Virus record (IMG/VR): IMGVR_UViG_3300024346_007254
Coordinates: 10,883 to 74,882 of that record
Length of the DNA: 64,000 nucleotides
Strand: one strand, 5' to 3'
Origin: a virus
Of this stretch, positions 36,821 to 47,700 are shown piece after piece (position 1 is the stretch's first letter; every line of letters begins with the position of its first letter). The position numbers and the translations under genes are program-made. The notes under the pieces were generated by a model that did not search any database, had not been told where the DNA came from, and worked only from the letters and a program-made list of their open reading frames with translations.

Positions 36821-36825
36821 TTATT

Positions 36826-37824
36826 TTATGCTGGTGGCGAAGCGTTGTTTGCACTTAGATTAACCACTGTGGCTATTGTTGGTGCTGCTATGTCTACCGC
36901 AGTGTAAGTAACTGTGTCGTATACAAAACTACTATCCGGTCTAAACGTATTAACGTTGCTAGTTGTTGTGCCCGATACTTCCTCGTCGACCAGTGTGCCA
37001 GTGTCGAGGTCGCCAAACGTTATCCTAAATCTCAAAACAGTATCACTTACAATGCGTCCCTCAATAGTGTATTCATTTGCTGAATATACCCCAGAGCCCG
37101 TCTTACTAAGAAATTCTTGATACGTTCCTGTTAAATCATCATATCCACTATTTACGGCAGGAGTACCGGAATCAGCAGTTAGTCTATATTTGTCAAGCTT
37201 AATTGTTCCCATACTACTGAGCATTGCAGCCCAATCAGCATCCTTAGATCCAGTTCCGCCTGTTAGTGCTGCTGAAAATCTTAATTCTCCGCCTGCTGCA
37301 AAATAAGCATCTCGTGCCGCAAGACTTGCAAATGTAAAAGTAACTACGTGATATATACTCGTTGGTTCGGTAGCTGTGCCAGTTCCCCAATTTGTTGCGC
37401 GGGTTCCTGCAACGTTTGTTCCTAGTGAAAAACTACTATCAGGCCAACCTGTTGTGCTACCGTCAAAGTTACTAACATCAATAATTACAAGTTCGTAATC
37501 ATTTAAACTTTGTTCAGTTCCATCAACTGGTGTAGCTTTTGCGCCAGTTGTTTGGTTATATGTCTGGGATGTATTTGCGCCAACTGTTTGTCCTGTAGGC
37601 GGGACAGCTATAAGAACAGATGCAAGGCCACGCTGATGTACATGTACGCTTTGCGCATCAAGGTAAAGTTGTAACATTTGCGCCGAAGTTACACGATTGA
37701 CTCCGCTACTAACTGTAGTAGAACGCATAGTCTGGCCGTATTGTGTAAAATAAATCGCAGAAAGAGTAGATCTAAAACTATTATATTCAGATGCTAATAT
37801 CGATGTACCCGAACTTACTGCCAT
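36826..37824 (-). CDS. virion structural / fibre-associated protein
   Basis: Ser/Thr/Gly-rich. Shares VTFTF...R..YF.AGGELRFSA.L.GGT..K..DWA with 37859-38743. Confidence 0.6.
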   Translation of the reverse strand: MAVSSGTSILASEYNSFRSTLSAIYFTQYGQTMRSTTVSSGVNRVTSAQMLQLYLDAQSVHVHQRGLASVLIAVPPTGQTVGANTSQTYNQTTGAKATPVDGTEQSLNDYELVIIDVSNFDGSTTGWPDSSFSLGTNVAGTRATNWGTGTATEPTSIYHVVTFTFASLAARDAYFAAGGELRFSAALTGGTGSKDADWAAMLSSMGTIKLDKYRLTADSGTPAVNSGYDDLTGTYQEFLSKTGSGVYSANEYTIEGRIVSDTVLRFRITFGDLDTGTLVDEEVSGTTTSNVNTFRPDSSFVYDTVTYTAVDIAAPTIATVVNLSANNASPPA

Positions 37825-37845
37825 AAAAAGACTCCTTCAACAATG

Positions 37846-37851
37846 TATTTA
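37846..37851 (-). promoter_or_regulatory. putative late promoter box TAAATA
   Basis: ATAAATA in the intergenic gap, upstream of an AGGAG SD and ATG 37824. Confidence 0.6.
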
Positions 37852-37858
37852 TTGCCAA

Positions 37859-38743
37859 TTAAGCCAATGTGATAGTAGTCTGATATAACGGTGCTGGAAG
37901 AGTTACATAAAATCCTGTTGCACGCTGCTCAGAAATAATACTTCTAACAGTACCAGTTACGCTTTCGTCAACAAATCCGTTTTCGCCGTCATTGAATGTA
38001 ATTTTAAAAGTTATTACAGGTGAATTAGCTGCGGCAAGTGCTTCGATTATGTAAGTACTATCTGAATAAGTTCCTGATCCGCTTTTACTAAAAATTGTCT
38101 GGAAACTACTAGTTAATTCAAAGTTACCGATTGTAGAACCATTGCCAGTACCTGTTACTGTTGTTTGACTATAATCAAAAACAACAGTTCCAATAGAACT
38201 AAGTAACCCTGCCCAATCTGTAGATTTGGCATTTGTACCGTTAATAAGCGATGCTGCAAAACGTATTTGGCCACCACTATTGAAAAAATGACGGCGGGCA
38301 TCAAAATTAGAAAAAGTTACAGTAAATTCATGTGTTATAAATTGTGACGGATCGCCTGATCCTCCCCAGCTAGCTGTTCTGCTAGAATCAAGTACTTGAG
38401 AGGTAGTAATTTCGCCGATGTCAATTCTAAATCTATTATTGGCGTCGCCAACCTCTTGTATTATACTTTCGTATTCAGCATAAACTGCGTCAGTGATGTC
38501 ATCTTGTGTAACTACTGAAGTTAACGACGGCGGCACCATTCCTGTCTGGTGTGCATAACATTTAGTAACATCACCTTGCAGTCTTTGCATATGAGTAGCA
38601 TTGACTCTGTTGCCCGATGCAAGCGCAATGCTTTGGACAGATTGCCCATAACCAAAAGTGGTATCTCCATTTCCTAGCGTTCTAACAATTGCACTTTGAA
38701 GTGTATTGTATCTTGCTACTGAGATTATATCGCCTACTGCCAT
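37859..38743 (-). CDS. virion structural / fibre-associated protein
   Basis: Paralog of 36826-37824; lies in the structural block. Confidence 0.6.
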   Translation of the reverse strand: MAVGDIISVARYNTLQSAIVRTLGNGDTTFGYGQSVQSIALASGNRVNATHMQRLQGDVTKCYAHQTGMVPPSLTSVVTQDDITDAVYAEYESIIQEVGDANNRFRIDIGEITTSQVLDSSRTASWGGSGDPSQFITHEFTVTFSNFDARRHFFNSGGQIRFAASLINGTNAKSTDWAGLLSSIGTVVFDYSQTTVTGTGNGSTIGNFELTSSFQTIFSKSGSGTYSDSTYIIEALAAANSPVITFKITFNDGENGFVDESVTGTVRSIISEQRATGFYVTLPAPLYQTTITLA

Positions 38744-38769
38744 CTATTCATCCTAAAAACTGCTAGTAT

Positions 38770-38777
38770 TATTTATA
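38770..38777 (-). promoter_or_regulatory. T4-late-like promoter TATAAATA
   Basis: Exact octamer overlapping the TAA stop of 38773-40224. Confidence 0.65.
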
Positions 38778-40224
38778 CTTTCAGTACACACTCGACTAAC
38801 TTTTCACCATCGTCACTGTTTGATTCGAGAGCAATTCCAACTAATGCAGTAGTTGTTATAGTAGTACATACCCCAGCATCCATTGCATATACAGCTTGTC
38901 CTTTTTTAACTGGACCTTTTACTCTTACTGGTAAACGGCCCTTAAGACCAATGTACTGGCCTTCAGCTTCGCTATTCATCATGTATGCCGGATCAGTTGA
39001 CACTACTCCAATGCAATGGCTGCTTGCCGTTGCTGGGCACACTTCATGTCCGTCACAAGCACAAACTGCTACGGCTGTTCCTGCTGGAAGCTCTTCTTTT
39101 GTAGTATACTTCTCTGCAAGGTCTGCATAACGCGCTGTTGTAGCTGTACCTTGGAAAAGGACTGCTGTGAGGTTACCGCTTGTGTCTCTTGCAGCTATAG
39201 TGTTCGCTGCGGCCGCTGTTGACGCCGAACGATATGTTCCGCTAACTGATAGAGTGTTTGCTTGGGTTGCTGTACCGGTAAATGTAGTAGCGTGTACGTT
39301 ACTCCATTTACGTGCAGCGGAACCTAATGCATATGTGTTATCGCTTCCTGGATAAATTCCAGTATTTTCAATAGTTGTTGTAAGAATATTGCTCGAATTG
39401 TAAATTCTAAAATTGTCTCTTACTAATGTTATCATAGGAGTTGAATTATCTGCATCAATTTTTACAATTAAATCTTGTTCATTACCGAGTGTAAACCCAG
39501 CATCGCCAAATGTTACAATGCCTGTAAAGTCAGCATCGTTAGTAGTTAAAAATTCACTTGCTGGGATGCCGTCTAGTGTAATAGCATTACTTGCTGTACC
39601 CCAAAATCTATGGTCCGAAGATGTAACACCGTTTGTAGACGAAGTAGTATTTACAAGAGTCACACCTTGCTTAACTTCATCAAAACCAGTAATTGCCGAT
39701 CCCGAAGCAATAGTAAACTCAGTAGAACTAATCAAGAAGATAATTTCATCTTCGATAGTACCGGCAATAACAGCGTTTGTGCCACTATTTGTATCAGTTA
39801 GGGTTAATGATTGCATCTGAGTAACACCAGTACCTGCACCCTGAGGACCAACTAGGATCCATTCGTTTGATGCATTTCTTGCATAAAGTTGGTTTGCTGT
39901 GTTGTTCCACCAAAGTTCACCTTCGACAAGACCTGTTGGTTGGGTAGAACTTACTTCAGCACTACTAGTAGTTTTCCATCTAGTTCCGTCAAAAACTTTA
40001 ATTTTTGAACTGTTGCTGTCATACCATATCATTCCACTAATTGGTCTAGTAGGTGCGTTTGCTCCTGCAAAATTCTCTAGCAAAAACAGAAAGTTTTCGT
40101 TTTGTGCTTCGCCGTAACCGGCAAAGTTTTTACCAATGAATTTCACCTCGGTAACTTGGTCTACAGTTCCATCTTCAACCGTAGTTAAAACTGTACCATT
40201 GTATCTATTAATAATGTAAGCCAT
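38773..40224 (-). CDS. tail fibre-like protein with C-terminal intramolecular-chaperone (peptidase G2-like) domain
   Basis: Shared N-terminal GYGE..NENF..LLENFA...WYD module. C-terminal YADLAEKY...IGVVSTDPAYMMN...GRLPVRVKGPVKKG. Confidence 0.7.
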   Translation of the reverse strand: MAYIINRYNGTVLTTVEDGTVDQVTEVKFIGKNFAGYGEAQNENFLFLLENFAGANAPTRPISGMIWYDSNSSKIKVFDGTRWKTTSSAEVSSTQPTGLVEGELWWNNTANQLYARNASNEWILVGPQGAGTGVTQMQSLTLTDTNSGTNAVIAGTIEDEIIFLISSTEFTIASGSAITGFDEVKQGVTLVNTTSSTNGVTSSDHRFWGTASNAITLDGIPASEFLTTNDADFTGIVTFGDAGFTLGNEQDLIVKIDADNSTPMITLVRDNFRIYNSSNILTTTIENTGIYPGSDNTYALGSAARKWSNVHATTFTGTATQANTLSVSGTYRSASTAAAANTIAARDTSGNLTAVLFQGTATTARYADLAEKYTTKEELPAGTAVAVCACDGHEVCPATASSHCIGVVSTDPAYMMNSEAEGQYIGLKGRLPVRVKGPVKKGQAVYAMDAGVCTTITTTALVGIALESNSDDGEKLVECVLKV

Positions 40225-40253
40225 TTATGGATTAACCCCTCTGCAATTAATAG

Positions 40254-40259
40254 TATTTA
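40254..40259 (-). promoter_or_regulatory. putative late promoter box TAAATA
   Basis: ATAAATA in the intergenic gap upstream of ATG 40224. Confidence 0.6.
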
Positions 40260-40263
40260 TCGG

Positions 40264-42069
40264 TTAAACGCTAGAAACTAAGTTTGACTCAAACGCCCAC
40301 TGATTAGAACCATTAACAATAAATCTTTTTAATGAACGTGTAACAGACATTGTAACTGTTTCAATTGTATCCGAAAACCCAATGTCTTCAAGGACTGATT
40401 GGTTTTCACTACCGTTTTTATCAACTGAAACAAATGACTTTGCAAGTCCATCGGTGCTGTTATAAGTAATCTGTCCACTGTACTCTGTACAATGCACTCT
40501 AGCGTACACACCTGTGTTTTTAGTTATCGCAGGTACTAAGTCATCGAGAACTGATGCAATTTGTACATCTGAAAGTCCTGTTGTATCCAATGATAGGAAA
40601 ATATCTTCGTCGAGACTTTTTTGATCAACATATTCCTTTGTTGCTACGTGGCTTGGATCATCACTAACGTCCGGCGTACCTACACCAATAATTTTACGAG
40701 AATCGGTAACTTGTATATCTGCCGAACTAGTAATAACTAATTGAGTCGTTGTTGTAATAGTTGAACCGTTTAGATTAATATTATCAACATCAAGGTTTGT
40801 TAGTGTACCAATAGTTGTTAATCCAGCGGCTGTTGTAACTGTTGAACTAAGGGTAGTTGCTGACAATAAGTTTGCGCCATTAATCTTGTACCACGTGCCA
40901 TCGATATCAAAATTAGATGTGCTAGTCCAGGAATCGGTTGCCAGCGACCATGTAAGACTTTTGTCATTACCAGTTGCTTTTACAGTAATGCCGGCGCCGT
41001 CAAGATCTCCATCAGTTAACAATGTACTATCTGATGAAAATGCAAGTTCGATATTTTTATCTTCAACTCTCAAAGTAGCTACGTCAACATACGTTGCATC
41101 GCCTTCAACTCTTAAATCACCTGTAACTCTTAAATCACCTGTAACGTCAAGAGTGTATGCAGGAGAGCTTTGAAAAATACCAACACGGTTTGTGCTATTG
41201 TCAACAGTTAGATAATCAACATAAGTTGGAATACTTGTAGTTCCTTTGTTAATTTGGAATTTTATATCTGAGCTACCTGTTTGGTTTCTTAGTACTACTG
41301 TACTGCCATCAATTCTAGCGTTAAAATCAAAATTGTCGCCAATAATTACACCACGGTCGTCTTTAACATGCAAGAATCCTTCAGAGGTATTGCCGCCGCC
41401 GGCAGGATTAGTTCTTAAAAATTCAGTAGAACTAAATCCACCTAGCTGATTGGCTGATTGTGCAGTACCGCGATATACAAAGTCAGTGTAAACATCACTA
41501 ATGTTAATACCTTGTTCAAGTGTACTTCCAAAATCTTGGATGCCGGATGCAAGTGTAAATGATTCTCTGCTTATAATTGCCACAGCTTGTGCGCCGATCA
41601 TTATTCTTGCAATTACTTTTGGATTACCAAATTGATCTAATACCGTTTGAATATCAAATCCAGATAGGCCCTGGCTTGCTGTATATGCTGGGCCTGCAAG
41701 GAAAATATCTTCTCCATCGGTAAACTTTAATTGTTTGTTTGCTGTATCAATCCAAAGTTCGCCTTCAACAAGACTTGGAGGTGTTCCTGACGAAACAATA
41801 GTTGCGTTAGTTGATTTAAAAGTCTCGCCGTCAAAGATTTTCAATCTTGCTTCAGATGTATCATACCATAGTTGTCCTCTGATAGGATTGCCCGGGGCAG
41901 AGGAGTTAGCAAAATTTTCAAGTACCTTTACAAAGTTTTCATTAAATGCTTCTCCGTAACCTGTAAAATTTCGACCGATAAGAGTTAAGTCAGTAGTATC
42001 TACGTCAATCCTACCGTCAATTAAGTCTACTAGTAAAGTTCCATCTGTTGTATTAATTTTATAACTCAT
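40264..42069 (-). CDS. tail fibre / baseplate-associated structural protein
   Basis: Same N-terminal module as its neighbours; fibre-like segments RVGIFQSSPAYTLDVTGD, VEDKNIEL and ATKEYVD. Confidence 0.7.
   Translation of the reverse strand: MSYKINTTDGTLLVDLIDGRIDVDTTDLTLIGRNFTGYGEAFNENFVKVLENFANSSAPGNPIRGQLWYDTSEARLKIFDGETFKSTNATIVSSGTPPSLVEGELWIDTANKQLKFTDGEDIFLAGPAYTASQGLSGFDIQTVLDQFGNPKVIARIMIGAQAVAIISRESFTLASGIQDFGSTLEQGINISDVYTDFVYRGTAQSANQLGGFSSTEFLRTNPAGGGNTSEGFLHVKDDRGVIIGDNFDFNARIDGSTVVLRNQTGSSDIKFQINKGTTSIPTYVDYLTVDNSTNRVGIFQSSPAYTLDVTGDLRVTGDLRVEGDATYVDVATLRVEDKNIELAFSSDSTLLTDGDLDGAGITVKATGNDKSLTWSLATDSWTSTSNFDIDGTWYKINGANLLSATTLSSTVTTAAGLTTIGTLTNLDVDNINLNGSTITTTTQLVITSSADIQVTDSRKIIGVGTPDVSDDPSHVATKEYVDQKSLDEDIFLSLDTTGLSDVQIASVLDDLVPAITKNTGVYARVHCTEYSGQITYNSTDGLAKSFVSVDKNGSENQSVLEDIGFSDTIETVTMSVTRSLKRFIVNGSNQWAFESNLVSSV
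41107..41145. repeat. exact 18-bp tandem duplication (in frame)
   Basis: AACTCTTAAATCACCTGT twice plus AAC; encodes VTGDLRVTGDLRV. Confidence 0.9.
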
Positions 42070-44108
42070 TAAAAGACTCCGGTATAGATAATAAAGCTAA
42101 CAGTTGCAAACGGTGGTGTATGCGATATTGGCTCTTGAGTGGCAAAATCTTGTATGCCTTCGGTTCTTGTTATGCCAGAACCAGTTGACCCATCGTTTGT
42201 GTACGGCACTGCTGTTGATGCTGTATCTGTTGTACCTGCTGTTGTAGTTGTAGCATAAAACTGTGTTCCTGCATCGCCTTGTAAACTGTGATAGTGTTCC
42301 GGCAGTTGTTCTTCTAGTAGAAGTTCACTTTCCTTGCCGCCATAATTACCAATTGTTTGTGCTGCACCATCAAGAAGAACTCTATTTCCAGTAGTTGCAC
42401 CTGCTAAGTGTCCTAGTAGTGTTCTACCTCTTAAATCGGGCACCAAGAATGTTAATGATGGTGTTGCTGTTACACCAAAACTCGATCCAATTACATTATA
42501 CAAATCTTCGTACGCTGAAATATTCCATTCAGTTCCAGTACAAAGTATCCAACCTGCAGGGGCTGCTGAGCCGCCGAACGGTAGAATAGTTCCAACTGGA
42601 GTAAGCGGGCCTTGGGCTGCGTTAGGAATAACACTTAACAAGTTTTCTTGTTGTATTTTTCTTAAACCAATTCCGTCTCTGTTAATTAGAATTTCGTCAG
42701 TATTCAATACATTAGTAATTTCATCTTTTGATCCTACAAAAGAATCGTCTAATGTTGTTGTAAATGTTTTTGTTAGTCCGCCTGCGCTACCATCAAATTG
42801 AAAACTTGGAGAAGTAACATCTCCGGTCATTTGGAATGTTGTAGGACTAGTAATCTTACCAGCACTTGATGCAGATCCAGTAATGTTGCCCGAAAGATCA
42901 CCTGTAAATGCTCCAGTGAATCTGTTAGCAAACACATTATTAAATCTTGTTCCAGTAGTACCGATGTTGGTTGTTCCGCTAGATACCGGCAATACGTTTC
43001 CAACTGTTGTTTGCCCACTCACTTCAAGTGTGCCTCCGATTGTTGTTGCGCCAGCAACTTCCAATGTGCTTAAAGTTTTAATAAATCCGGATGCAGTAAT
43101 AGAACCTACTGCGCCGCCATGGGCTGCTACTGAAATATTTCCTTGAACATCAAGAGCCTGTGTAGGAATTCTACTAGCATTACCAATTGCAATGTTTGTG
43201 TTATTATAAATTCTTAATGCTGTTGTCGAAACTCCAACATTGTTAACTCTAACATCAATGCCGCCATCTGATGCACTATTTCTTACCTCTGAAAAACTTC
43301 CTGATGACGAAAGTGTTAATCTTGACGATTCGCCAATACTAATACCAGTATTACTTAAAATTCTTATTGATTGCTGGAAGGTGTTTGCTTGACTTAGTCT
43401 TGCAAAATCTGTTGCAGGCACATCTGAGCCATTAAGAATTAAATTTTCAGCTGACTGCGAAACTCCATAGAATTTTCCTACTGCCGATCCACCGTATGTT
43501 GCATCTGTAAGAGAACTGCTTACGTTAATACCCGGACGTATTTTTGAAAATCCAGAAATTCCTATCTTAGGTGTAAATTCTGCCTTGGAAATGATTGAAA
43601 TAATTTGCCCGTTAACATAGTTAACTAACACCTTTCGGGTTTGGTTGGCTGTATCTACATATTCTTCTACTCGTTGCCCGCTAATGCCACCGTTGTCGTC
43701 AGTTGCAGTTTCTGGACCAACTAATATCCAGCCCGATCCACTATAAAGAAAAAGCTGTTGTGTTGAGGTATTTGACCATAGGTCGCCAAGAGTACTTGCC
43801 GATACGTCAGGTTCTACTGAAGCTTTCTTTAATCCGCTTGCACTAACCCATTGTGTACCGTCATACAATTTTAACTGTGTAGCATTGTCAGTGTTGTCAT
43901 ACCAAAGCTGTCCTTCGATAGGATTCTCCGGTGAGGTATTGTCTGCAAAATTTTCTAACAGATTTAAAAAGTTTTCATTAACTGGTTTACCATAACTTGT
44001 AACGTTTCGACCAACAAGCGTTAAACTAGTTTCGTTGTTATTCGAATCGTCATCAACAGTTATTGAGCCTTTGTTAACAAAATCTGTAAAATTTATCTGT
44101 GTGCTCAT
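42069..44108 (-). CDS. tail fibre protein with tail-collar domain
   Basis: C-terminal PVGTILPFGGSAAPAGWILCTG...FLVPDLRGR...LPEHYH...PPFATVSFII; shared N-terminal module. Confidence 0.85.
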   Translation of the reverse strand: MSTQINFTDFVNKGSITVDDDSNNNETSLTLVGRNVTSYGKPVNENFLNLLENFADNTSPENPIEGQLWYDNTDNATQLKLYDGTQWVSASGLKKASVEPDVSASTLGDLWSNTSTQQLFLYSGSGWILVGPETATDDNGGISGQRVEEYVDTANQTRKVLVNYVNGQIISIISKAEFTPKIGISGFSKIRPGINVSSSLTDATYGGSAVGKFYGVSQSAENLILNGSDVPATDFARLSQANTFQQSIRILSNTGISIGESSRLTLSSSGSFSEVRNSASDGGIDVRVNNVGVSTTALRIYNNTNIAIGNASRIPTQALDVQGNISVAAHGGAVGSITASGFIKTLSTLEVAGATTIGGTLEVSGQTTVGNVLPVSSGTTNIGTTGTRFNNVFANRFTGAFTGDLSGNITGSASSAGKITSPTTFQMTGDVTSPSFQFDGSAGGLTKTFTTTLDDSFVGSKDEITNVLNTDEILINRDGIGLRKIQQENLLSVIPNAAQGPLTPVGTILPFGGSAAPAGWILCTGTEWNISAYEDLYNVIGSSFGVTATPSLTFLVPDLRGRTLLGHLAGATTGNRVLLDGAAQTIGNYGGKESELLLEEQLPEHYHSLQGDAGTQFYATTTTAGTTDTASTAVPYTNDGSTGSGITRTEGIQDFATQEPISHTPPFATVSFIIYTGVF

Positions 44109-44110
44109 TA

Positions 44111-44722
44111 TTATCCCTCGCTCAACCCGCTAAGGCTTTGTACTCTAACAGTATAGTCAATTTGAATTAGTCTGTTCAAACTTTTCTGTACAGGATGGAA
44201 AATAACATGAGTTAAAAGCCTTCCTGTGCCTGTTGAACTAAACCCTCGTAGTCCTAATTCATCAAAAACATAAATTTGATCTGTGTTTGTTGCTGTATCA
44301 AATGCGTCTTGGCCGTTAGGCTCGCCGTAGTCTAACAAACAACTAACTAAAATATCAGTATAATTGGTTCCTGAAACATGTCTAATTTCAGTTTTATTTC
44401 TAGTAGGATCTAAGTTGTTAACACTTCTATCGTCAATAACTTTTGAATAAGTTTCGTTGTACAAGCTAGCATTTGTGCCAACTGTATTCGGAGTCAAATA
44501 TGTAATGATGCCTGTTGGATCTACACTCGTGCCGCCGTTGCCGAAGCTTAATTCATATACAAATCCTTGACCAGAATTGGCCAAGCTTTCTGCTAATGAT
44601 AAACTCATGTTTTCATAATGAATAGCATTACGCTTGTTAATAAAAGTTTCTCCCGAAGAAGGATCAAATATTTTAATATGACCTTCTACATGTAAACCAC
44701 TGTAATCTTTTAAATCTGTCAT
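44111..44722 (-). CDS. baseplate / fibre-attachment structural protein (tentative)
   Basis: Sits between wedge and fibre genes; C-terminal FDELGL...LLTHVIFHPVQK...IDYTVR. Start at ATG 44722 or GTG 44731. Confidence 0.55.
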   Translation of the reverse strand: MTDLKDYSGLHVEGHIKIFDPSSGETFINKRNAIHYENMSLSLAESLANSGQGFVYELSFGNGGTSVDPTGIITYLTPNTVGTNASLYNETYSKVIDDRSVNNLDPTRNKTEIRHVSGTNYTDILVSCLLDYGEPNGQDAFDTATNTDQIYVFDELGLRGFSSTGTGRLLTHVIFHPVQKSLNRLIQIDYTVRVQSLSGLSEG

Positions 44723-44739
44723 TCCTACCACCTATACTG

Positions 44740-44745
44740 TATTTA
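44740..44745 (-). promoter_or_regulatory. putative late promoter box TAAATA
   Basis: ATAAATA overlapping the stop codon of the giant ORF. Confidence 0.55.
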
Positions 44746-47700
44746 TTTAGGTAACTCTATTGTTGCTTCTCGCAAGAAATTGCCTATTGCATTTTTCGAT
44801 CTAGCCAAAGATTTTCCTGATTCATTCCACACTTTACCAATTTTTCTTAGTACGCGAACCTGTGTTTCTGGTGCAGGTTGCAGGGACGAATCCAAAATAA
44901 TCATATTTCCGTCTAGAATATATTCTGGGGCTAAAGTTTCGTCGCCGGCTGGGCTATCTTGAGCAATTGATGGATTAAATCTTTCAACTGCAACCTTTCT
45001 AAGTCTGCGACCGCCAACAAACACATCAATTTCGTTAATGCTAGATGGTGTAAAATTAAGTTCATAATCAATACTTCCATCAGACATAATTATCTGAGTC
45101 AATGTTGTGTCGTTATAATTAATATTTTCCTCTGGGCCTTGGCCGTATGCTATTATGCCTTCGTTGTATGTATCTCTAACACCTGTTCCGAGAGTACCTC
45201 TTCTTAGCTGTCTTACTGTGTTGCCTTGTACTTCAAAGTACTCAATTCTTTCGCCTTCGATGAATAGTACTCCAGGTATATTTCTTGTTTTGTCAGGTTG
45301 GAAAATTCCGCTTGTGTCTTCCAAAACAATTCTCACATCATAGTAATTTAGCGGAGATGCTAGTTTATAACTGTTATCCTGGTTAAGTCTCTTGTAATGA
45401 GTTCTATTCAACATATCCTTGAAAATTCTATAACCAAACTTTTTAGTTACTGGTTGAGCGCCAAACTGTATTACGTCAATTACGTCGCCAATTTCAGGAT
45501 CGTTAGTTAGTTGCACAGCGTCAAGAGATATAGCCAGGCTATAATCAACATTTGGAGTCAACAAGGTTCCATTTAGTGCCACCCATGCATAGTTTGCATT
45601 TGTAATGGTTCCTCTTAGCGGAATATATCCACTCGAAATTAAGTTTCTAGTAGTAGACTCGCTTGGAGAGATATCCAACGGAACCTCGTTAACAACTTTG
45701 TAAGTAAATCGTTCAAAATTATTAACGTCGTGATTACTAAATTGATATATTTCAACTGTTGAATCTGCTGCCGGTGCTTCAGCAAATGTTAGTGTTTCGC
45801 CTGATGTATAGATTACATCGTCAACAGTTAGAACGGTGCTGTCAGCATCGTCAACTGATGCAACAAACTGGTCTCCATTAATAAATGCGTCTCTGATATC
45901 TTCTCGTATACTTTGAATTACAACTATGTTACTATTTACAGATACAATTGTTCCTGTGTAAATAGTGCTTGTAGCTAGTGATTCTAATGTTAATTCTCCA
46001 CCAACCTCTGCGTAGTTTGAAATTGTGTCGCTGTCGAATTCAATTTGTGTGTCTACAAAGTAATATTCAGCGTTCTTAATTACATAGATGTCTAGTCGTG
46101 TGCCTGCAGGGGCTACATCTGGAGTAAGTAATTCTACTCTTACGTTTAATGGATCAAAGCTATATAGCGTTGATGACAATTGTACATAATCGGCAAATAC
46201 TAGGACGTCTACGCTTTCCAAATCCTCTCCAGTAAACTGCCATTCTTCGATGTCATAAACTCTTGATGCTGTAGTAGTGTAAGAAACACTGTATCCTGGA
46301 TTTAGAATTGTGTTGTCAACTTTAACAAGAATGTTATGCGAGATTGGTTCTTTACTAAACGGCACTGGAATTATTTCGCCATCAAATTGATAAGTTTTAG
46401 TTATACCATCTGGAATAAATGTTCTATCAATAATAACTTCGCTATAAGTCTTAACATTAGTACCGTAAACACTGTACTGAACAAAATCGCCTTCGGCTAA
46501 CAGACCTTGTGCAAAAACAATTTTTAATCTATCTACAAATCCATCTGTTGCGTCGGATTGAAGTAAAGTATATCCTTCACGAGCAACTTCGCCATTGACT
46601 AGAACTAGTGCAGAAAGTTCATCAGTCCAAGTTGCCGAAGTTACAAAAGTAATCGTACTTCCGTCGGAAACAAATGTGTTAGTATCGATTAGATCTGCGC
46701 CATTAGTTCCAATAGTTGTTATAGCAAGACTTGCACCTGTATTTGTATTATTATCATTATACAACAGTAATTCATTTTCAAAGTCAATTGAATAAGAATC
46801 GTTACCTAATATAACGTTGTTAATTTTAACAATGATTCCTTCGTTGCTTTGTGGCATTCCTGGTAGTGGAAATTCTGTAGTCACTCCGTCAAGTCTGTAG
46901 TTTGCAGTTGCAATAACTCCAATACCTTCAGATGGTCTATGATATACACGAATATCTAATGTGTCAACAATCTCTCCAGGAACAAGTTCTTCGGGTCCTT
47001 TTGAAGTAGTTGGAGTAACAAAACCGTCGCCGTCGATATTAATTTCTCCTGCATCAATGCCAGTTGCAGTTGAATATGCAAGATTGCCGCCTTCTAATTG
47101 AGTGTCGAAGTTTATAGCACTACTTGCGCCATCGCTTGTGCTCTTTCTAATTACAATAAGGTCGCCAATTTCGGTTGTGATTTCTTCACTAATTGTAATT
47201 GTGGTTGTAACACCATCGCCAACAATTGTTTGCATAATTGCATTTGGGTTTTGAGTTGGAGTGCTTCCATCATATACAGGATCATCAAGTCTGATTCCAT
47301 TTCTATAGAAGTTATACTCTGCGCCGTCTTCAAGTGGCTGACTTAGCTCAAATATAACAGTACTTCCATCTAGCACAAAAACTTCATCTTGTGCATCGTC
47401 AAATGTATCCCACGGAAGAGATGCCCATCCAGCAACGTCCCAGCCTTGCTCATTTCCAAAGTCAAAGCTATCAATTTGTACGCCGCTGTATTCAACACCG
47501 TCCATTAATTGAGACAAGTCTTTACCTAGCATACCAGTTGTTGGATTATAGAAGAAGTTAATTCTGTCTGCTGCTTGTAGCAACGAAACTTCCTTCTTAT
47601 ATTGAATTTCGATAACTGCATCTTCACCAGGTGCTTCTGCAAAATCAATAAATCCTGTAAATCTGTCATATCCTTTTGAAGTGTCAAGATCATTTCCGAC

